Virus record (IMG/VR): IMGVR_UViG_3300036945_000596
Location: 1 to 44,508 of that record
Length of the DNA: 44,508 bases
Strand: one strand, 5' to 3'
From: a virus
Taxonomy: Duplodnaviria > Caudoviricetes
Shown: piece by piece, positions 26,501 through 34,941 of the stretch
How the letters are laid out: the number at the start of each line of letters is the position of its first letter
How positions within the stretch are numbered: the stretch's first letter is position 1
The notes under the pieces: generated by a model
What the model was told of the DNA's origin: nothing
What the model saw: only the letters and a program-made list of their open reading frames with translations
Database searches by the model: none
Translations under genes and position numbers: made by a program

Positions 26501-28830
26501 GCGGCCTTGGCGGCAGCGACCACGCGCGCCTGGATGGACAGCTTGAAGTCGCGGTTGTTGGGGAACGACTGGGTGGCGGCGAACTCAAACGCCGCCTCGA
26601 CGTTCGACACCTCGTCAATAGAGGTCGGCACCGCTTTGCCTTTTTCCTGGACGCCTCGCTGCTCGAGCGCCTGCCCAGGCGGGTTGCTTTGGTCGATGAC
26701 CACCAAGGCTGGTAGCGACTGCGCACCCGACGCGATAAGCGCGTCGAACCGGTGGCCGCCTTCAAGCACGTACATGCCTTGGGCGTCCTGCACGACGATC
26801 AGTGGCGTGATCTCGCCTGATGCTTGGATTTCCTCCGCCAGGCGGCGCGTGCGCCCGTCCAGCGTGTCCATGCTGATTTCGCTGACGTACCCCGGATCAA
26901 AAGCCGACATCGGCACTTCGCGCACGCCGGGCAGCACGGTGAAATTGTCCAAGCTGGAGCGGATCGACTCGCGATTCGGTATGCCCTCGCGCACCACGCG
27001 GCCGTCGACCGTGTCCCCGGGCGTGACCGTGCGCAGTGTTTCGCTGCCCGTGTTCAGCACACCGCCCTGCCCCACCGGCTGCGCTGCGACTTTCAACGCA
27101 TACCGGTCGTAGAGCTCCTGCGGTGTCATTCCGACACGCGCAGCCATGGTGCTGAAGAAGTTGGCCTGCAGCGTGGCGTAGGCCTCGTTCACGTCGGGCG
27201 TGAATCGGCCGGCGGTGTTGAGCTGGTCCAGGACCGTGGTCTTGACCGTCTCGCTGCTTTGCTGCCAGGCGGCGGTGTCGGCAGCTTGCTGCAGCACGCG
27301 GTCGGCTTCTTGCTGCAGGTACTGCTCGGTGAGCTGCGCCTCGACACGCGAGGCAGCGTTGGGGCGCATGCGCGCGTTGTCGTTCAGGATCTGCTCGAGC
27401 TCGGTGCCTGGGGCGACGGTGAGCACGTCGGCCATTGGGATGGCCACGGTGCTGTTTGTCTCGAGCGCTGCGGGCAGGGCCTCGCGCACGGACTCGGGCA
27501 GCTGGGCCAGCAGTTCCTGCGGCAGCTGGTTCAGCACCTCGGCGTCGACGTAGATCTCTTTCTTCGCGCCCTCGTTCGCGTCGACCACGTTCTGAACGTG
27601 GGTGCGGAACTGCTCGGGGCTGCGCTGGCGCAGCATCGAGGCGGCGGCCAGTTGCATCTGGCTTTCCAGCAAGTCCTGGTCGAACTTGAGGCTGGTGTCG
27701 CTCGCCTTCTCGACGATCTTGTTGATGCCCTTGATCGTGGTGGTCTGCACGCCCACGCCGACCAGGGTGGCGATGAACGTCTGATAGGCAGCCTCGGGGC
27801 GCTCCTGGATGAACTCGCCCAGCGTCTTGTCTGGGTTCAGGTTCATCCACTGGTTGAAGTCCTGAGCCAGGGTCGTGACCTGCTCGGTCCAGCCTTCGCT
27901 GATCGCCTGCTTGCCTAGTAGTTTCAGCAGGCCGGTGTTGGCTGCGATGTCGCCGAACAGCTTGGTCGCGGGGATCTTCTCGAACACGTACTCGAACGCA
28001 GCCTCGGGGATGGCGTACACGCCAGCCTGCAGTTGGTTGCGGCCCTTCTCGCGGGCTTCGTTGAACGCAGCAGCGCCGACGCCACCGGCCATCAGGCCAG
28101 CAACGGTGGATGCTGCCTGGCTGGCCGTGGCGTAGAGCCCGCGATACAGGCCAACAGGCAGCAGTGCCAGGTTCGTGCCGGCCGACTGCAGGCCGGACTT
28201 CACAGCCTCGCCCGTGCTGCTCTCAGGCTGGAAGCCGTAGCGGTCCATCACGCCCTGCAGTTGCTTGGCGGTGCCGCGTGCTGCGGATGCCCCGCTGTTC
28301 CAGCCGATCAGGTCGTTGACCACACCGGCGGCGTCGAAGGCCATCTTGCCGATGCCGACCGTGGCACCCAGGCCAACGGTCTTGGTTGCGTCGACAGCGT
28401 CACTGGGCAGGCCGCCCTTGCCGTCTGCACCCATGACGTAGCGCACGCCCTTGCCGACCGAACGCTCGAGGTTCTTCAGCGTGTCCAGGTCATCGACCGA
28501 GGTCGTGGCGAATGTGGGGTCGGTGATCTGGCGATACAGCACCGGAGAGTCCTGGGCCATGCCGATCAGGTCGATGGCGCGGGCGCGCTCTTTGACGCGC
28601 AGCTCGTCCAGGTTGCGCTCGACCACGCGCAGGGGGACGCCCGAGGTCTGCGACACGCGCAGGCGCTCGGCGGCCAGGTCGGGGTCGTCGCGCAGTGCGG
28701 TCTCGAGCACGGTGCGGGCGCGGTTTTGCTGCAGGCTTTGCTGCTGCTGCGCCAGGGGCATGTACGGGTTGTCCTGCTCTTCAGTGGCCTGGGGGGCGCG
28801 GGCTTGCGCCAGGCTCAAGTAGTCCGTCAT
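20503..28830 (-). CDS. Giant internal virion (ejection) protein, polyvalent: ParB-like, HhH-glycosylase-like, ART-like and HEXXH modules
   Basis: 2775 aa, third ejection-protein position before the tail fibre. Motifs VLEGGHR; GWY...GPKIG...TMDRW...LQALLW; VYHGT...DPTQIKS; TFLHESGHFF. Confidence 0.85.
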   Translation of the reverse strand: MTDYLSLAQARAPQATEEQDNPYMPLAQQQQSLQQNRARTVLETALRDDPDLAAERLRVSQTSGVPLRVVERNLDELRVKERARAIDLIGMAQDSPVLYRQITDPTFATTSVDDLDTLKNLERSVGKGVRYVMGADGKGGLPSDAVDATKTVGLGATVGIGKMAFDAAGVVNDLIGWNSGASAARGTAKQLQGVMDRYGFQPESSTGEAVKSGLQSAGTNLALLPVGLYRGLYATASQAASTVAGLMAGGVGAAAFNEAREKGRNQLQAGVYAIPEAAFEYVFEKIPATKLFGDIAANTGLLKLLGKQAISEGWTEQVTTLAQDFNQWMNLNPDKTLGEFIQERPEAAYQTFIATLVGVGVQTTTIKGINKIVEKASDTSLKFDQDLLESQMQLAAASMLRQRSPEQFRTHVQNVVDANEGAKKEIYVDAEVLNQLPQELLAQLPESVREALPAALETNSTVAIPMADVLTVAPGTELEQILNDNARMRPNAASRVEAQLTEQYLQQEADRVLQQAADTAAWQQSSETVKTTVLDQLNTAGRFTPDVNEAYATLQANFFSTMAARVGMTPQELYDRYALKVAAQPVGQGGVLNTGSETLRTVTPGDTVDGRVVREGIPNRESIRSSLDNFTVLPGVREVPMSAFDPGYVSEISMDTLDGRTRRLAEEIQASGEITPLIVVQDAQGMYVLEGGHRFDALIASGAQSLPALVVIDQSNPPGQALEQRGVQEKGKAVPTSIDEVSNVEAAFEFAATQSFPNNRDFKLSIQARVVAAAKAAKVKLDEFSQGTEQYLVRVALADGLTALRTNANAVGWYNEKVTKALRLVSLIHPEIATDPQAKFAFVWAMAVTSNGLKVDKNFELAEAAYQQYKIAGRMPTDIGIGTAAKAINKTLQLYNTLIDKHGFEVVERFMTTTQTVKEVEAFTGMKVSGENLTTQVYGAAALGPKIGNGFFMNLYGRFEQLTMDRWLMRTWGRWTGTLVETNPEQVKAKRTLLKGLIQSLTPADKKAFEAIIKRKLTVGDVDAVGQAIWKASQKPVNREAMAVIGVADETVQARFTELLGEPKKGQERVSVGDELRKAGNALTKYLDGQKEAPSGPPERGNIRKVFGQVLAELQKTYPALTMSDLQALLWYPEKRLYDAAKTSDEATDGYEDDEAPDYANAAAKLARSQGISDADIAAASAAVDAELQAAVGAAGVQRGQRGPGDSTGSAGQNDGVLNQDGPLLAPNGQPSNLTPELYALVRTPEFKAWFGDWEAFAGMQGGVWNDTTNSVSKAVDENGEPLVVYHGTDAGGFTEFNAPGGTKRGDLGIFTTPNRAMAASYVKRGRAKDIARDQTGENADRVSGLYPVFVNIRNPYETDFEGALWNGERPGQYSAIDANGETIYSEDGRAYFDDYEEAQALISGKKGASVEGAADHWETTDDAVREARNSGNDGTVIRNVIDDGGGNSTYASEPSDVFVVLDPTQIKSVENFGAFNPANPNIYQQGPRGTFSPSQLLLTLNENADLSTFLHESGHFFLEVMADLASQGNAPQQIKDDMAATLKWFGVPDLATWNNYTLDEKRPYHERWAESFEQYLFEGKAPSPELQPLFRRFRSWMVNVYKSLTEFMRQRNLKVNDEVRQVFGRLIATDEQIAQAEEAAGMMPDFDATNEAIEALQARSLRDLKWTVRARGKVLKALEKEAKTLRKEVEAEVRAEVEQQPLYKAMNWLKKGETTDPATGDVVKAEKGYRLLTTALAEMYPETMLARPDLTGLRGMTGKEGLHPDMVADMFGFESGDKLVRAILDAEPIGSVIEGMTDQRMLERHGELATPEALEAAANEAVHNEARARSLATELKSQAEMLNPRQDTGRTASNGRAITVNAITNAAKQFAANLAARRRIKDLKNAAWQHRSAEARAGKAWQDATSKGKTEEAVQAKRDQVLNNAAVKALQDAQLEVKKILEFFKRVTKGNDEKVVERGRDPDVVNAMRAILGAYDVAPRLEKTALAYMETVAKNDPVMYAALQPSVQGALLNAKPLGEMTMEELRGLNDELRAMWSLAKSSRQMEVDGNMIDIEEAADQLVERMGEIGIPDTIPGEKGAITDSQERGIKLQFAKAILSRVEQWSERLDGKFGGPFLRLVFQPVKDAADRYRTDKVAYRKKFTELLKNVAPYLPAGPVEAPELGYTFGNARDSGAAELLHAILHTGNDSNKRKLLLGRGWATQDAEGNLDTTKWDNFIQRLASEGTLNPAHFQFAQGVWDLLEEMKPLAQETHRKVFGRYFAEVTANEFVDPFGNVWRGGYLPAQTDSRLVKDAKLRELAEGENESMAYAFPAAPSGFTKSRVEYNQPLLLDLRALGQHMDKVLLFSHMQGAVTDVRRLLTNKRVSYALDRIDPGAYEGMLIPWLNRSARQVVETPVVGDRKLSRFLSAARSRAGMALMFANLSNTVQQITGFTMAGVKVKPGLIMSATARFMADPKAMKTTVADSSPYMKDRMLNEVGAMNDAIEEILIDPTLLERGQAWTQRHAYFMQSAVDNTMSPIIWTAAYNQAIEQKMEHNDAVRFADGVIRQTQGTTLPEDISRFESGPGYARLFTQFVSYFNMMANTNATAVKQIADEVGLRKGAGKVLYVAIAGLLAPIWVAEAIAQVFRGGPEDEDKDGWLDDWLLAVFGLGTLRGLTAQIPIVGQAAQLVINRFNDNPADDKFSLSPAISLIESTVSAPSSVYKAIVEDGNKQKAVRDVAAAATMITGLPIYGVARPIGYLAGMAGGSIEPTGPVDLARGLVTGTASPESKQR

Positions 28831-30452
28831 TTAGCAGGGCCTTTCTGTTTGCCGGCGAGGTACATCTCGACGATGGCTTGTTCTGTGGGGGCTTGGCCGG
28901 TGGCCTGCAGCGCCTTGACGATCTGGCGGCGGTCCATCATTGGGACCGACGACACCGGCACGTTCTTGCCGTTGACGCGCACGTACGCCTTGCTCATTTC
29001 TTCGGGGGTCACGAGCGCCAGCGGTTTCTGCGGGTCGGTGCCCCACTCGTCCACGTACACCTTGTCCATCACGACGCGGTCGACGATGCCTTGCTTCTCG
29101 TCGGCGGTGAGATCCTTGCCGCCCTTGGCAGCGGACGCAGCGCGCACGCGGCGGTCGATCTCGTTGGTGAGGTTGACGGCGGCCTCGGGCTGCTTCTTCT
29201 TGTCGATGCCCAAACCGGTGATTGCCGCGTTGATGCGCGCCTCGTCGGTCAGCATGCTGTCTTGCTTGACGCCGCCCTTGCTGGCGGTGGTCTGGATGTC
29301 GAGCAAGGTCTCCATCTCGGTCTTGCCGATCTTCTCTGTCAGAGCGCGCAGGTCGACCTTCTCGCCACGGGCGAGCTTCTCGCGCACGTCGATGTAGGTC
29401 AGCATGTCCGTCTTGACCGGCGTGCCTGCGGCCAGGCGCTCGGCGCGTGTACGCTGCGACTCTTGCAGCTGCGCGCGCTCGCGGCCGTTCATGCCCGACA
29501 GGATCGCCTCGGGGATCTTCTGTCCCTTGGCAAACAGCTGCCAGGCCTGGTCGGAGAACTTGGCCTCTTGCTCCTGCTCGGCCTGCTTGACCAGGGCGTA
29601 GTTGTTGCGCACCTGGGTGAGCGTCTTCTCGCGACGCTGCGGGTCGGTGATTTTGGCGGCCTCGGCCAGCTGCTCGCTCAGGGGCTTGCCCGCCATGGCG
29701 GCGGCCGTCTGCGTGGCGAACTGGTTGTCGAGCTCGCCCTTGAGCACCTGCTCGACGCGGGCCTGGTTCTGAAAATTGACCTCGGCCTTGTTGGCGTCGT
29801 AGTAGGCCTGCGCTGCGGTTGCGTTGGTTTCGGCCAGTTTGCTGATCTGCGCCAGGTGCATCGACGACAGGTTCTTGCCTGCCTCGGCCTGCACTTGCTC
29901 GGTGGTCCAGCCCTTGCGCGCGCCCAGCACGGCGGCCTTCTCGCGGATCTGCGTGGCCGTGCTTGCGACGTCGCCCGAGGTCACGCCGAACTGGATCGTG
30001 GTGGCCACGTCGGCGCTGTAGGTCTCGTCGGCGTGGCGCTCTTTCTCGGCCATGCTGAACGTCTGCACGTTGCCCAGGGCTTGCGTTTGCTTGGCCACCA
30101 GGCTGCGCGATGCGATCGCTTTGGCGCGAGGCGTGAGCTCTTTGCCTGCGGTTTCCGCTGCGCTCTTCCACCACTCTTCAGCGGCGGGCGCGTATCCGTC
30201 GGCGTTGGCCCCTCGGTATTTGTTGCGGTTTTCGCTGTCCCACTTCAACCAGTCGCTGGTGATCTTAGCCTCGGTGTCGCTGGCCTTGGCCTGCGCGTCG
30301 CGCAGGTCCATGCGGTCGGCGACCTCGGCCACCTGGCCCAGGCCTTGTGCCAAAGCGCGGGCACCCGAGCTGACGTCGGGTGCTTGTTGGAGAACCGGGC
30401 GCAGCGCCTCGGTGCGGACTTGGCGATCGCCGTAGACAGGAACGGTCGCCAT
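28827..30452 (-). CDS. Internal virion (ejection) protein
   Basis: 541-aa helical Ala/Gln-rich protein in the T7 gp15-equivalent position. Confidence 0.75.
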   Translation of the reverse strand: MATVPVYGDRQVRTEALRPVLQQAPDVSSGARALAQGLGQVAEVADRMDLRDAQAKASDTEAKITSDWLKWDSENRNKYRGANADGYAPAAEEWWKSAAETAGKELTPRAKAIASRSLVAKQTQALGNVQTFSMAEKERHADETYSADVATTIQFGVTSGDVASTATQIREKAAVLGARKGWTTEQVQAEAGKNLSSMHLAQISKLAETNATAAQAYYDANKAEVNFQNQARVEQVLKGELDNQFATQTAAAMAGKPLSEQLAEAAKITDPQRREKTLTQVRNNYALVKQAEQEQEAKFSDQAWQLFAKGQKIPEAILSGMNGRERAQLQESQRTRAERLAAGTPVKTDMLTYIDVREKLARGEKVDLRALTEKIGKTEMETLLDIQTTASKGGVKQDSMLTDEARINAAITGLGIDKKKQPEAAVNLTNEIDRRVRAASAAKGGKDLTADEKQGIVDRVVMDKVYVDEWGTDPQKPLALVTPEEMSKAYVRVNGKNVPVSSVPMMDRRQIVKALQATGQAPTEQAIVEMYLAGKQKGPAK

Positions 30453-31046
30453 TTAGCGCCCCTTTGTGTATGTGTACCACTTGTCGGACACCTGGCCCGC
30501 ACCGCCCAGCAGCGACCCGGCAGCGCCGTACATGCTGTTGAGCGCATCGGCCTTGCCCTGCGCGAGGGCCTGCTGGCCACGGGCCTGGATGCTCCAGGCT
30601 TCACGGCGCGCGTTGGTGCGGGTGGTGGCGACGTCGGACTGGGTGAAAAAATCGGTCTGGTCTTGCAGGTCGGCGGCAGTGCCGTAGCCGATGTCCAGGC
30701 CCTTGCTGGCCAGGCTCACGCGCTGCGACGACTTCAGGGCGGCACCCTTGCGCTGGATCGCGGTGGCCTCTTCCTCGCCACGGCGCAGGGCGTCCTGCGC
30801 AGCGACATCGGCCATCTGTGCGTTGTTCTTGGCGGTCTGCTTGGCGACCTGGCTTTGCTGGTACATGGAGCCGGCCGACAGCACGGTGCCGCCGACGCTT
30901 GCGCCCAGGGCCAGTGCTTGCATCGCGCTGAGACCCGCTGTCGTCGCGGTTGCCCCGGCAACGCCAGCCACGGTGGCCCCCGCGCCGATGGACCCTGCCG
31001 TCGTGGCAGCGGTGGCCAGGGCGGCGAGTGTTACTGGTTCACACAT
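30453..31046 (-). CDS. Internal virion protein (T7 gp14-equivalent)
   Basis: MCEPVTL start, Ala/Gly hydrophobic N-terminus, A.KGLDI..GTA. Confidence 0.8.
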   Translation of the reverse strand: MCEPVTLAALATAATTAGSIGAGATVAGVAGATATTAGLSAMQALALGASVGGTVLSAGSMYQQSQVAKQTAKNNAQMADVAAQDALRRGEEEATAIQRKGAALKSSQRVSLASKGLDIGYGTAADLQDQTDFFTQSDVATTRTNARREAWSIQARGQQALAQGKADALNSMYGAAGSLLGGAGQVSDKWYTYTKGR

Positions 31047-31048
31047 GA

Positions 31049-31510
31049 TTAGGCTCGCATTTCAAACGGGTGGAACGGCTCGCCCAGTGCGCCGTAGGGT
31101 TGGGCGGCGTGCAGCGTGAAACCCAGGCGACGCAACCACCGCACGCTCGTGGTGTTCTTCGCGTGTACGAAGTTCACCAGGTGCGGGAAGGCGTTTAGCA
31201 TTTTGGCAATGTACTCGGGCGTCCTGCGGACAAGGACACGGGAGTGCCGGTCGAGCACGGGGGTGCCGAGCATCCAGGGCGAGCCGATGCCCGACATCAC
31301 GCTGATCGGGGCCACACCAATGATGGCGGCCAGCTCGCCGTCGACCAGGCCTGTCCAGCACAGCATCGAGCGGTTGGCGCTCGAGATGATGCCCGCAGCG
31401 ATGTCTGGTCGCCCGTAGGCACGGCACTCGGCCAGGTCGGAGGGGCGCAGGTTGGCGGCCAGCTCGGCAGCGTCACCCGGCTGGGTGGGCCGGATCAGGA
31501 CATCAGCCAC
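31049..31510 (-). CDS. T7 gp13-like / GNAT-fold virion assembly protein
   Basis: NLRPSDLAEC, PWMLGT, LVNFVHAKN..SVRWLRRLGF. Confidence 0.85.
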   Translation of the reverse strand: MADVLIRPTQPGDAAELAANLRPSDLAECRAYGRPDIAAGIISSANRSMLCWTGLVDGELAAIIGVAPISVMSGIGSPWMLGTPVLDRHSRVLVRRTPEYIAKMLNAFPHLVNFVHAKNTTSVRWLRRLGFTLHAAQPYGALGEPFHPFEMRA

Positions 31511-33998
31511 CGGTTTGGACTTCGAGCACCATCGACAGCACGTTCAGCGGCAGCGGCAGATCCTGGCGCACGCAGATCGCGGCGTCGGAGTTCCAGCTGG
31601 GGTCCACGCTGAGCGAGAGCTCGCCGTCGCGCAGCGCGGGCGGGGAGCCGTAGGGGTCGGTGATCGCGCGCGCAGGGTACTCGCGCAGGCGGTCGAACGA
31701 CGGGCCAGCCTTCACGATGCTGGACTGGCTCACGCGCAGGTGCACCTTGTTGACGTTCTTCATCGTGCCCTGCCCTGCGGCCTGGGCACCCTCGATCGCC
31801 AGGGGCAGCGTGCGCAGATCCGCCGTGATCGGCAGGCCGACGCTCACCTTGCTGGCGGCGTTGGGCAAAGTGATCGCGCCACCGGTCACGGTCTGGCGTG
31901 GCACCACCGCGCCGTCTGCCAGGGCGTCGACCTCCTTACCCTCGAGGTGCCACAGCCCGCTCAGCGAGCTGATGGGCGTGCCGCTGTACGACAAGCCGGC
32001 GTCGACGAAGAACGCATCGGCCTGGTTGACCAGCAGCCGGGTGCGCAAGCGCTCGATGTAGCGGACTTGACGCGAGTTGACCGTGCGCTTGACCACCACG
32101 TAGAGCACGTCCTCGTTGCCTTCAGAGACGACGGTCGCCGACTCGAACGCGCCGTCGGTGTCGTGCGCGTGCCAACCATAGACCTGCTGGTCAGGAACGT
32201 AGGTCATGCCCAGGATCGTGCCGTCATCGCGCACGGCCCAGAGGATGGACTCGGGCGCGCGACTGTAGGCCAGGTCGCGCACGCTGTAGCCGTTGAACCG
32301 GTGCGGGGCCATGATCGCGGCGTCCACGGTGCGGTAGCTGTTGGCCTCCCAGCTGTAGCTCAGCTCGCGGATGCGCGAGCCCTGGGCCTGCACGTAGAGC
32401 ACAGAGCCTGTGGTCACCACTGGCTGCACGTTGCTCGCGCCGGCGTAACCCTGGGGCTTGATCGACAGCGAGGTCGGGGTGATGGCAGGCGCGCCGTCGG
32501 CGTAGAGGCGAAACTCGCCGCCAGCGGTCAAAGCGATCAGGTCGGCCAACGCGACCAGGTGGCGAATCTGGTTGTATTGGCTCGAGGCGACGTTGAGCTC
32601 CATCGCGTCGGCGTCGCGCGTGGGGACGGAGCTCGTTAGGTTTGTGCTGGTGCCCGTGCGGGTGGCCCACATCACCTGGGGTTTGTCGTCCGTGCCGGCG
32701 AACCAGCGGCGCTGCTCGTGGTAGACGGTGGCCGACGGGTAGTCACCCTCGCCCGAGTTCAGCGCGATGATGTCCTCGGGCGGCGACTGCGTGGTGTCTG
32801 CGATCACGTTGTCGTCGGTCAGCGACAGCGAAGGAACGGAGGCCGTGCCGGTCGACGAAGACTTCGGCCCGGTGTGCTTGTAGTTGAAAGTGAACTTGGT
32901 CGTGCTTGTAACAGTGATCTGCCACACGCCGTTGAATATGTTGACCCCGACGCCTGTGATGAAGATCAACTGACCTGTCGTGAAGCCGTGCGCGGCAGAA
33001 GTGGTGACCTCGACCTTGTTGTACCTGTTTGTCCGGTAAACCAGGTCCGTGCTCTGGATGTTGGAGATCGTCTTGGTCACGCCGGTCTGGGGCTGCACCT
33101 GGCCGATGTAGCCGAAGATGCCGCCTCGCAGCTTGTAAATGTTGTAACGGCTGCAGCCATCCACGGGCGACCAGGTGATGGTGTTGAAATTGCCCGCCAG
33201 GGTCAGGTTGTTGTTGGCGCTGGCGACGGCGCTGGCCAGCGACTCGGTGACGCCGTCAGCCTGCACCGCCGTGACCACGTACTTGGCGATGGTCAGGTTG
33301 GTGCTGACGGCCACGGTGGGCGTGGCAGTCACGCCGGTAGGCGCAGCCGACGACGGCGCAAAGGAGACAGTCGATAGCGTCCAAGAAACCTCACTGACGC
33401 GCGCGAGCTCGCGCGTGGCGTAGGCCGGGTGCGCGATCGTGATGATGTCGGCGGACTGCGCGTAGTGCAGGTCGAACAGGTCGGCCTCGTCGTAGGGACT
33501 GGTCAGGGTAAAAACGCGGGCCGTGGTGGCACCGGACGCCGTCGTGTTGGCACCCCACAGGTCTTTGGTCGTGAACGTGTCGGCGTCGACCACCGTCACC
33601 TTGTGGTAGCGGGTGCCGATGAAAACCCAGTCGCCGGTGGTGTAGCCGTGGGCTGCGGTCGTGTTGACCGTGGAGCCTGCGATCGAGCTGATGGCGACGG
33701 TGTCCTCGAGCAGCGTGCCGCCGTCGATGTGCACGCGGATGTAGAGGTGGCCAAACTCGAGCACTGCGGTTTGCGTTGAGCTGAACACGAAGGGGACCAG
33801 GCGCACCTGCTTGGTGCTGTCCTTGGCTTCGTTGACAAACTCAAAGCCGGTGCGGCGCACGGCGGGGCCGTGGGGCAACGTGATGAAGTTGCGGCACAGG
33901 GACAGGCCGGTCTGGTACTTCACCAGGTCGAGGCGGCCAGCCAGTTCGGGCGTGATCTCGCCCCCGGCGAACGATCGGAGCAGGTGCTTGGTGCTCAT
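31503..33998 (-). CDS. Tail tubular protein B (nozzle)
   Basis: SFAGGEITPEL.GR.D...Y, G...RRTG, YAQSAD, YPS....EQR..FAG, GWH.H, RYIERL, FFVD.GL.Y.G. Confidence 0.9.
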   Translation of the reverse strand: MSTKHLLRSFAGGEITPELAGRLDLVKYQTGLSLCRNFITLPHGPAVRRTGFEFVNEAKDSTKQVRLVPFVFSSTQTAVLEFGHLYIRVHIDGGTLLEDTVAISSIAGSTVNTTAAHGYTTGDWVFIGTRYHKVTVVDADTFTTKDLWGANTTASGATTARVFTLTSPYDEADLFDLHYAQSADIITIAHPAYATRELARVSEVSWTLSTVSFAPSSAAPTGVTATPTVAVSTNLTIAKYVVTAVQADGVTESLASAVASANNNLTLAGNFNTITWSPVDGCSRYNIYKLRGGIFGYIGQVQPQTGVTKTISNIQSTDLVYRTNRYNKVEVTTSAAHGFTTGQLIFITGVGVNIFNGVWQITVTSTTKFTFNYKHTGPKSSSTGTASVPSLSLTDDNVIADTTQSPPEDIIALNSGEGDYPSATVYHEQRRWFAGTDDKPQVMWATRTGTSTNLTSSVPTRDADAMELNVASSQYNQIRHLVALADLIALTAGGEFRLYADGAPAITPTSLSIKPQGYAGASNVQPVVTTGSVLYVQAQGSRIRELSYSWEANSYRTVDAAIMAPHRFNGYSVRDLAYSRAPESILWAVRDDGTILGMTYVPDQQVYGWHAHDTDGAFESATVVSEGNEDVLYVVVKRTVNSRQVRYIERLRTRLLVNQADAFFVDAGLSYSGTPISSLSGLWHLEGKEVDALADGAVVPRQTVTGGAITLPNAASKVSVGLPITADLRTLPLAIEGAQAAGQGTMKNVNKVHLRVSQSSIVKAGPSFDRLREYPARAITDPYGSPPALRDGELSLSVDPSWNSDAAICVRQDLPLPLNVLSMVLEVQTGG

Positions 33999-34627
33999 GC
34001 GCGGATGGCGACGATCGTCGACTGGGGGGTGGTCTCGGCGCTCGAGGCGTTGGCGCTGGCAGCAGCCGACAACTCGGCGGCGTTGAATGCGCGCTGACGC
34101 ATCGCGTCGCCCACTCGCGCGCCTTCGTTGCCTTTGATCACCGGACCGGCCAGGTAGGCGGCCAGCAAGAAGCTCAGGGCGCTGGTGAAACTGGGCGTGA
34201 ACTTGTTGGTGTCGCTTACGTCGCGGGTGTACACCAGGACCGCGTCGGGCTCGTTGGTAAAGACGACATCGCCTTCTACGTCGAAGGCAGCGCTGTCACG
34301 ATCGTCGGTGTGCGCGGAGACAATGTCCTGCGTGAACACGGTCACGGTGACGTTGGGGCGCAAAACCCGCAGGGGGCGCTGGCAGTCGGAGGGCTTGACG
34401 TAGGCGTAGGCCCAGGCGTTGCTCAGGTTGGTGGTTTGCGCGAGCAGGACCCGGTTGAGCGCGAAGGCCCAGTTGCCGGGCTCGAGAAGTTCGGTGCGCG
34501 CCATGTCGTAGAAGTCGGCGCAGTAGCCTGCCTCGACGCTGCCGTCAGGCGGGCTGATGCTCGAGACGCGGGCCTCGGAGCCGATATGGCTCAAGGCCAT
34601 GTTGCAGATCTGGACGACTGAGGCCAT
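33995..34627 (-). CDS. Tail tubular protein A (adaptor)
   Basis: S.V.ICNMAL..IG, W.FA, YAY.KPSDC, F..AL...LA. Confidence 0.88.
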   Translation of the reverse strand: MASVVQICNMALSHIGSEARVSSISPPDGSVEAGYCADFYDMARTELLEPGNWAFALNRVLLAQTTNLSNAWAYAYVKPSDCQRPLRVLRPNVTVTVFTQDIVSAHTDDRDSAAFDVEGDVVFTNEPDAVLVYTRDVSDTNKFTPSFTSALSFLLAAYLAGPVIKGNEGARVGDAMRQRAFNAAELSAAASANASSAETTPQSTIVAIRA

Positions 34628-34646
34628 GGGGATTCTCCTGGCCGTC

Positions 34647-34678
34647 AGTGTAGGAGCGGGGTCTCAGTACACGGACAC
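34647..34678 (-). promoter_or_regulatory. Late promoter (tail/ejection operon)
   Basis: GTGTCCGTG-17 bp-TACACT. Confidence 0.7.
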
Positions 34679-34768
34679 TCAGCGGCGCATCCGGCGGCGG
34701 TAGGTCACGATCCACTGCCTGGCCGCCCGGGCGCGTGCGTTGGCTTTCGACCAGAAGAGCAGCAGCAT
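34679..34768 (-). CDS. 29-aa Arg-rich peptide
   Basis: MLLLFWSKANARARAARQWIVTYRRRMRR; TAATG coupling and AAGGAGG RBS. Confidence 0.5.
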   Translation of the reverse strand: MLLLFWSKANARARAARQWIVTYRRRMRR

Positions 34769-34941
34769 TACTCGGCCTCCTTGACCAACGTGCGCGTTGA
34801 GACGCAGTCATGTGGTTCGGCTTGGTACTGCTCGGCGGTCGCCTGCTCGTCCCAGTCCGTGCCATCCTCGTTCAGAACCTGCCACTGCTTGCCGCAATTG
34901 TTGCAGGAGATGTGCGCGATGTTTTGGTCAAAGTTTTCCAT
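34768..34941 (-). CDS. 57-aa acidic protein with CxxC...HxC
   Basis: MENFDQNIAHISCNNCGKQW...PHDCVSTRTLVKEAE; TAATG coupling to the upstream gene. Confidence 0.6.
   Translation of the reverse strand: MENFDQNIAHISCNNCGKQWQVLNEDGTDWDEQATAEQYQAEPHDCVSTRTLVKEAE

Noticed and set aside
26690-27040. Plasmid-prophage partition system (ParB)
   Set aside because: The ParB-like segment is embedded in the virion protein; no ParA or centromere-like array seen.
28695-31052. Long plus-strand ORFs opposite the structural genes (also 40843-42897, 37595-39631, 23728-25110) and minus-strand ORFs opposite early genes (5158-6429, 11831-12955)
   Set aside because: Antisense shadows of GC-rich coding genes with no recognisable motifs.
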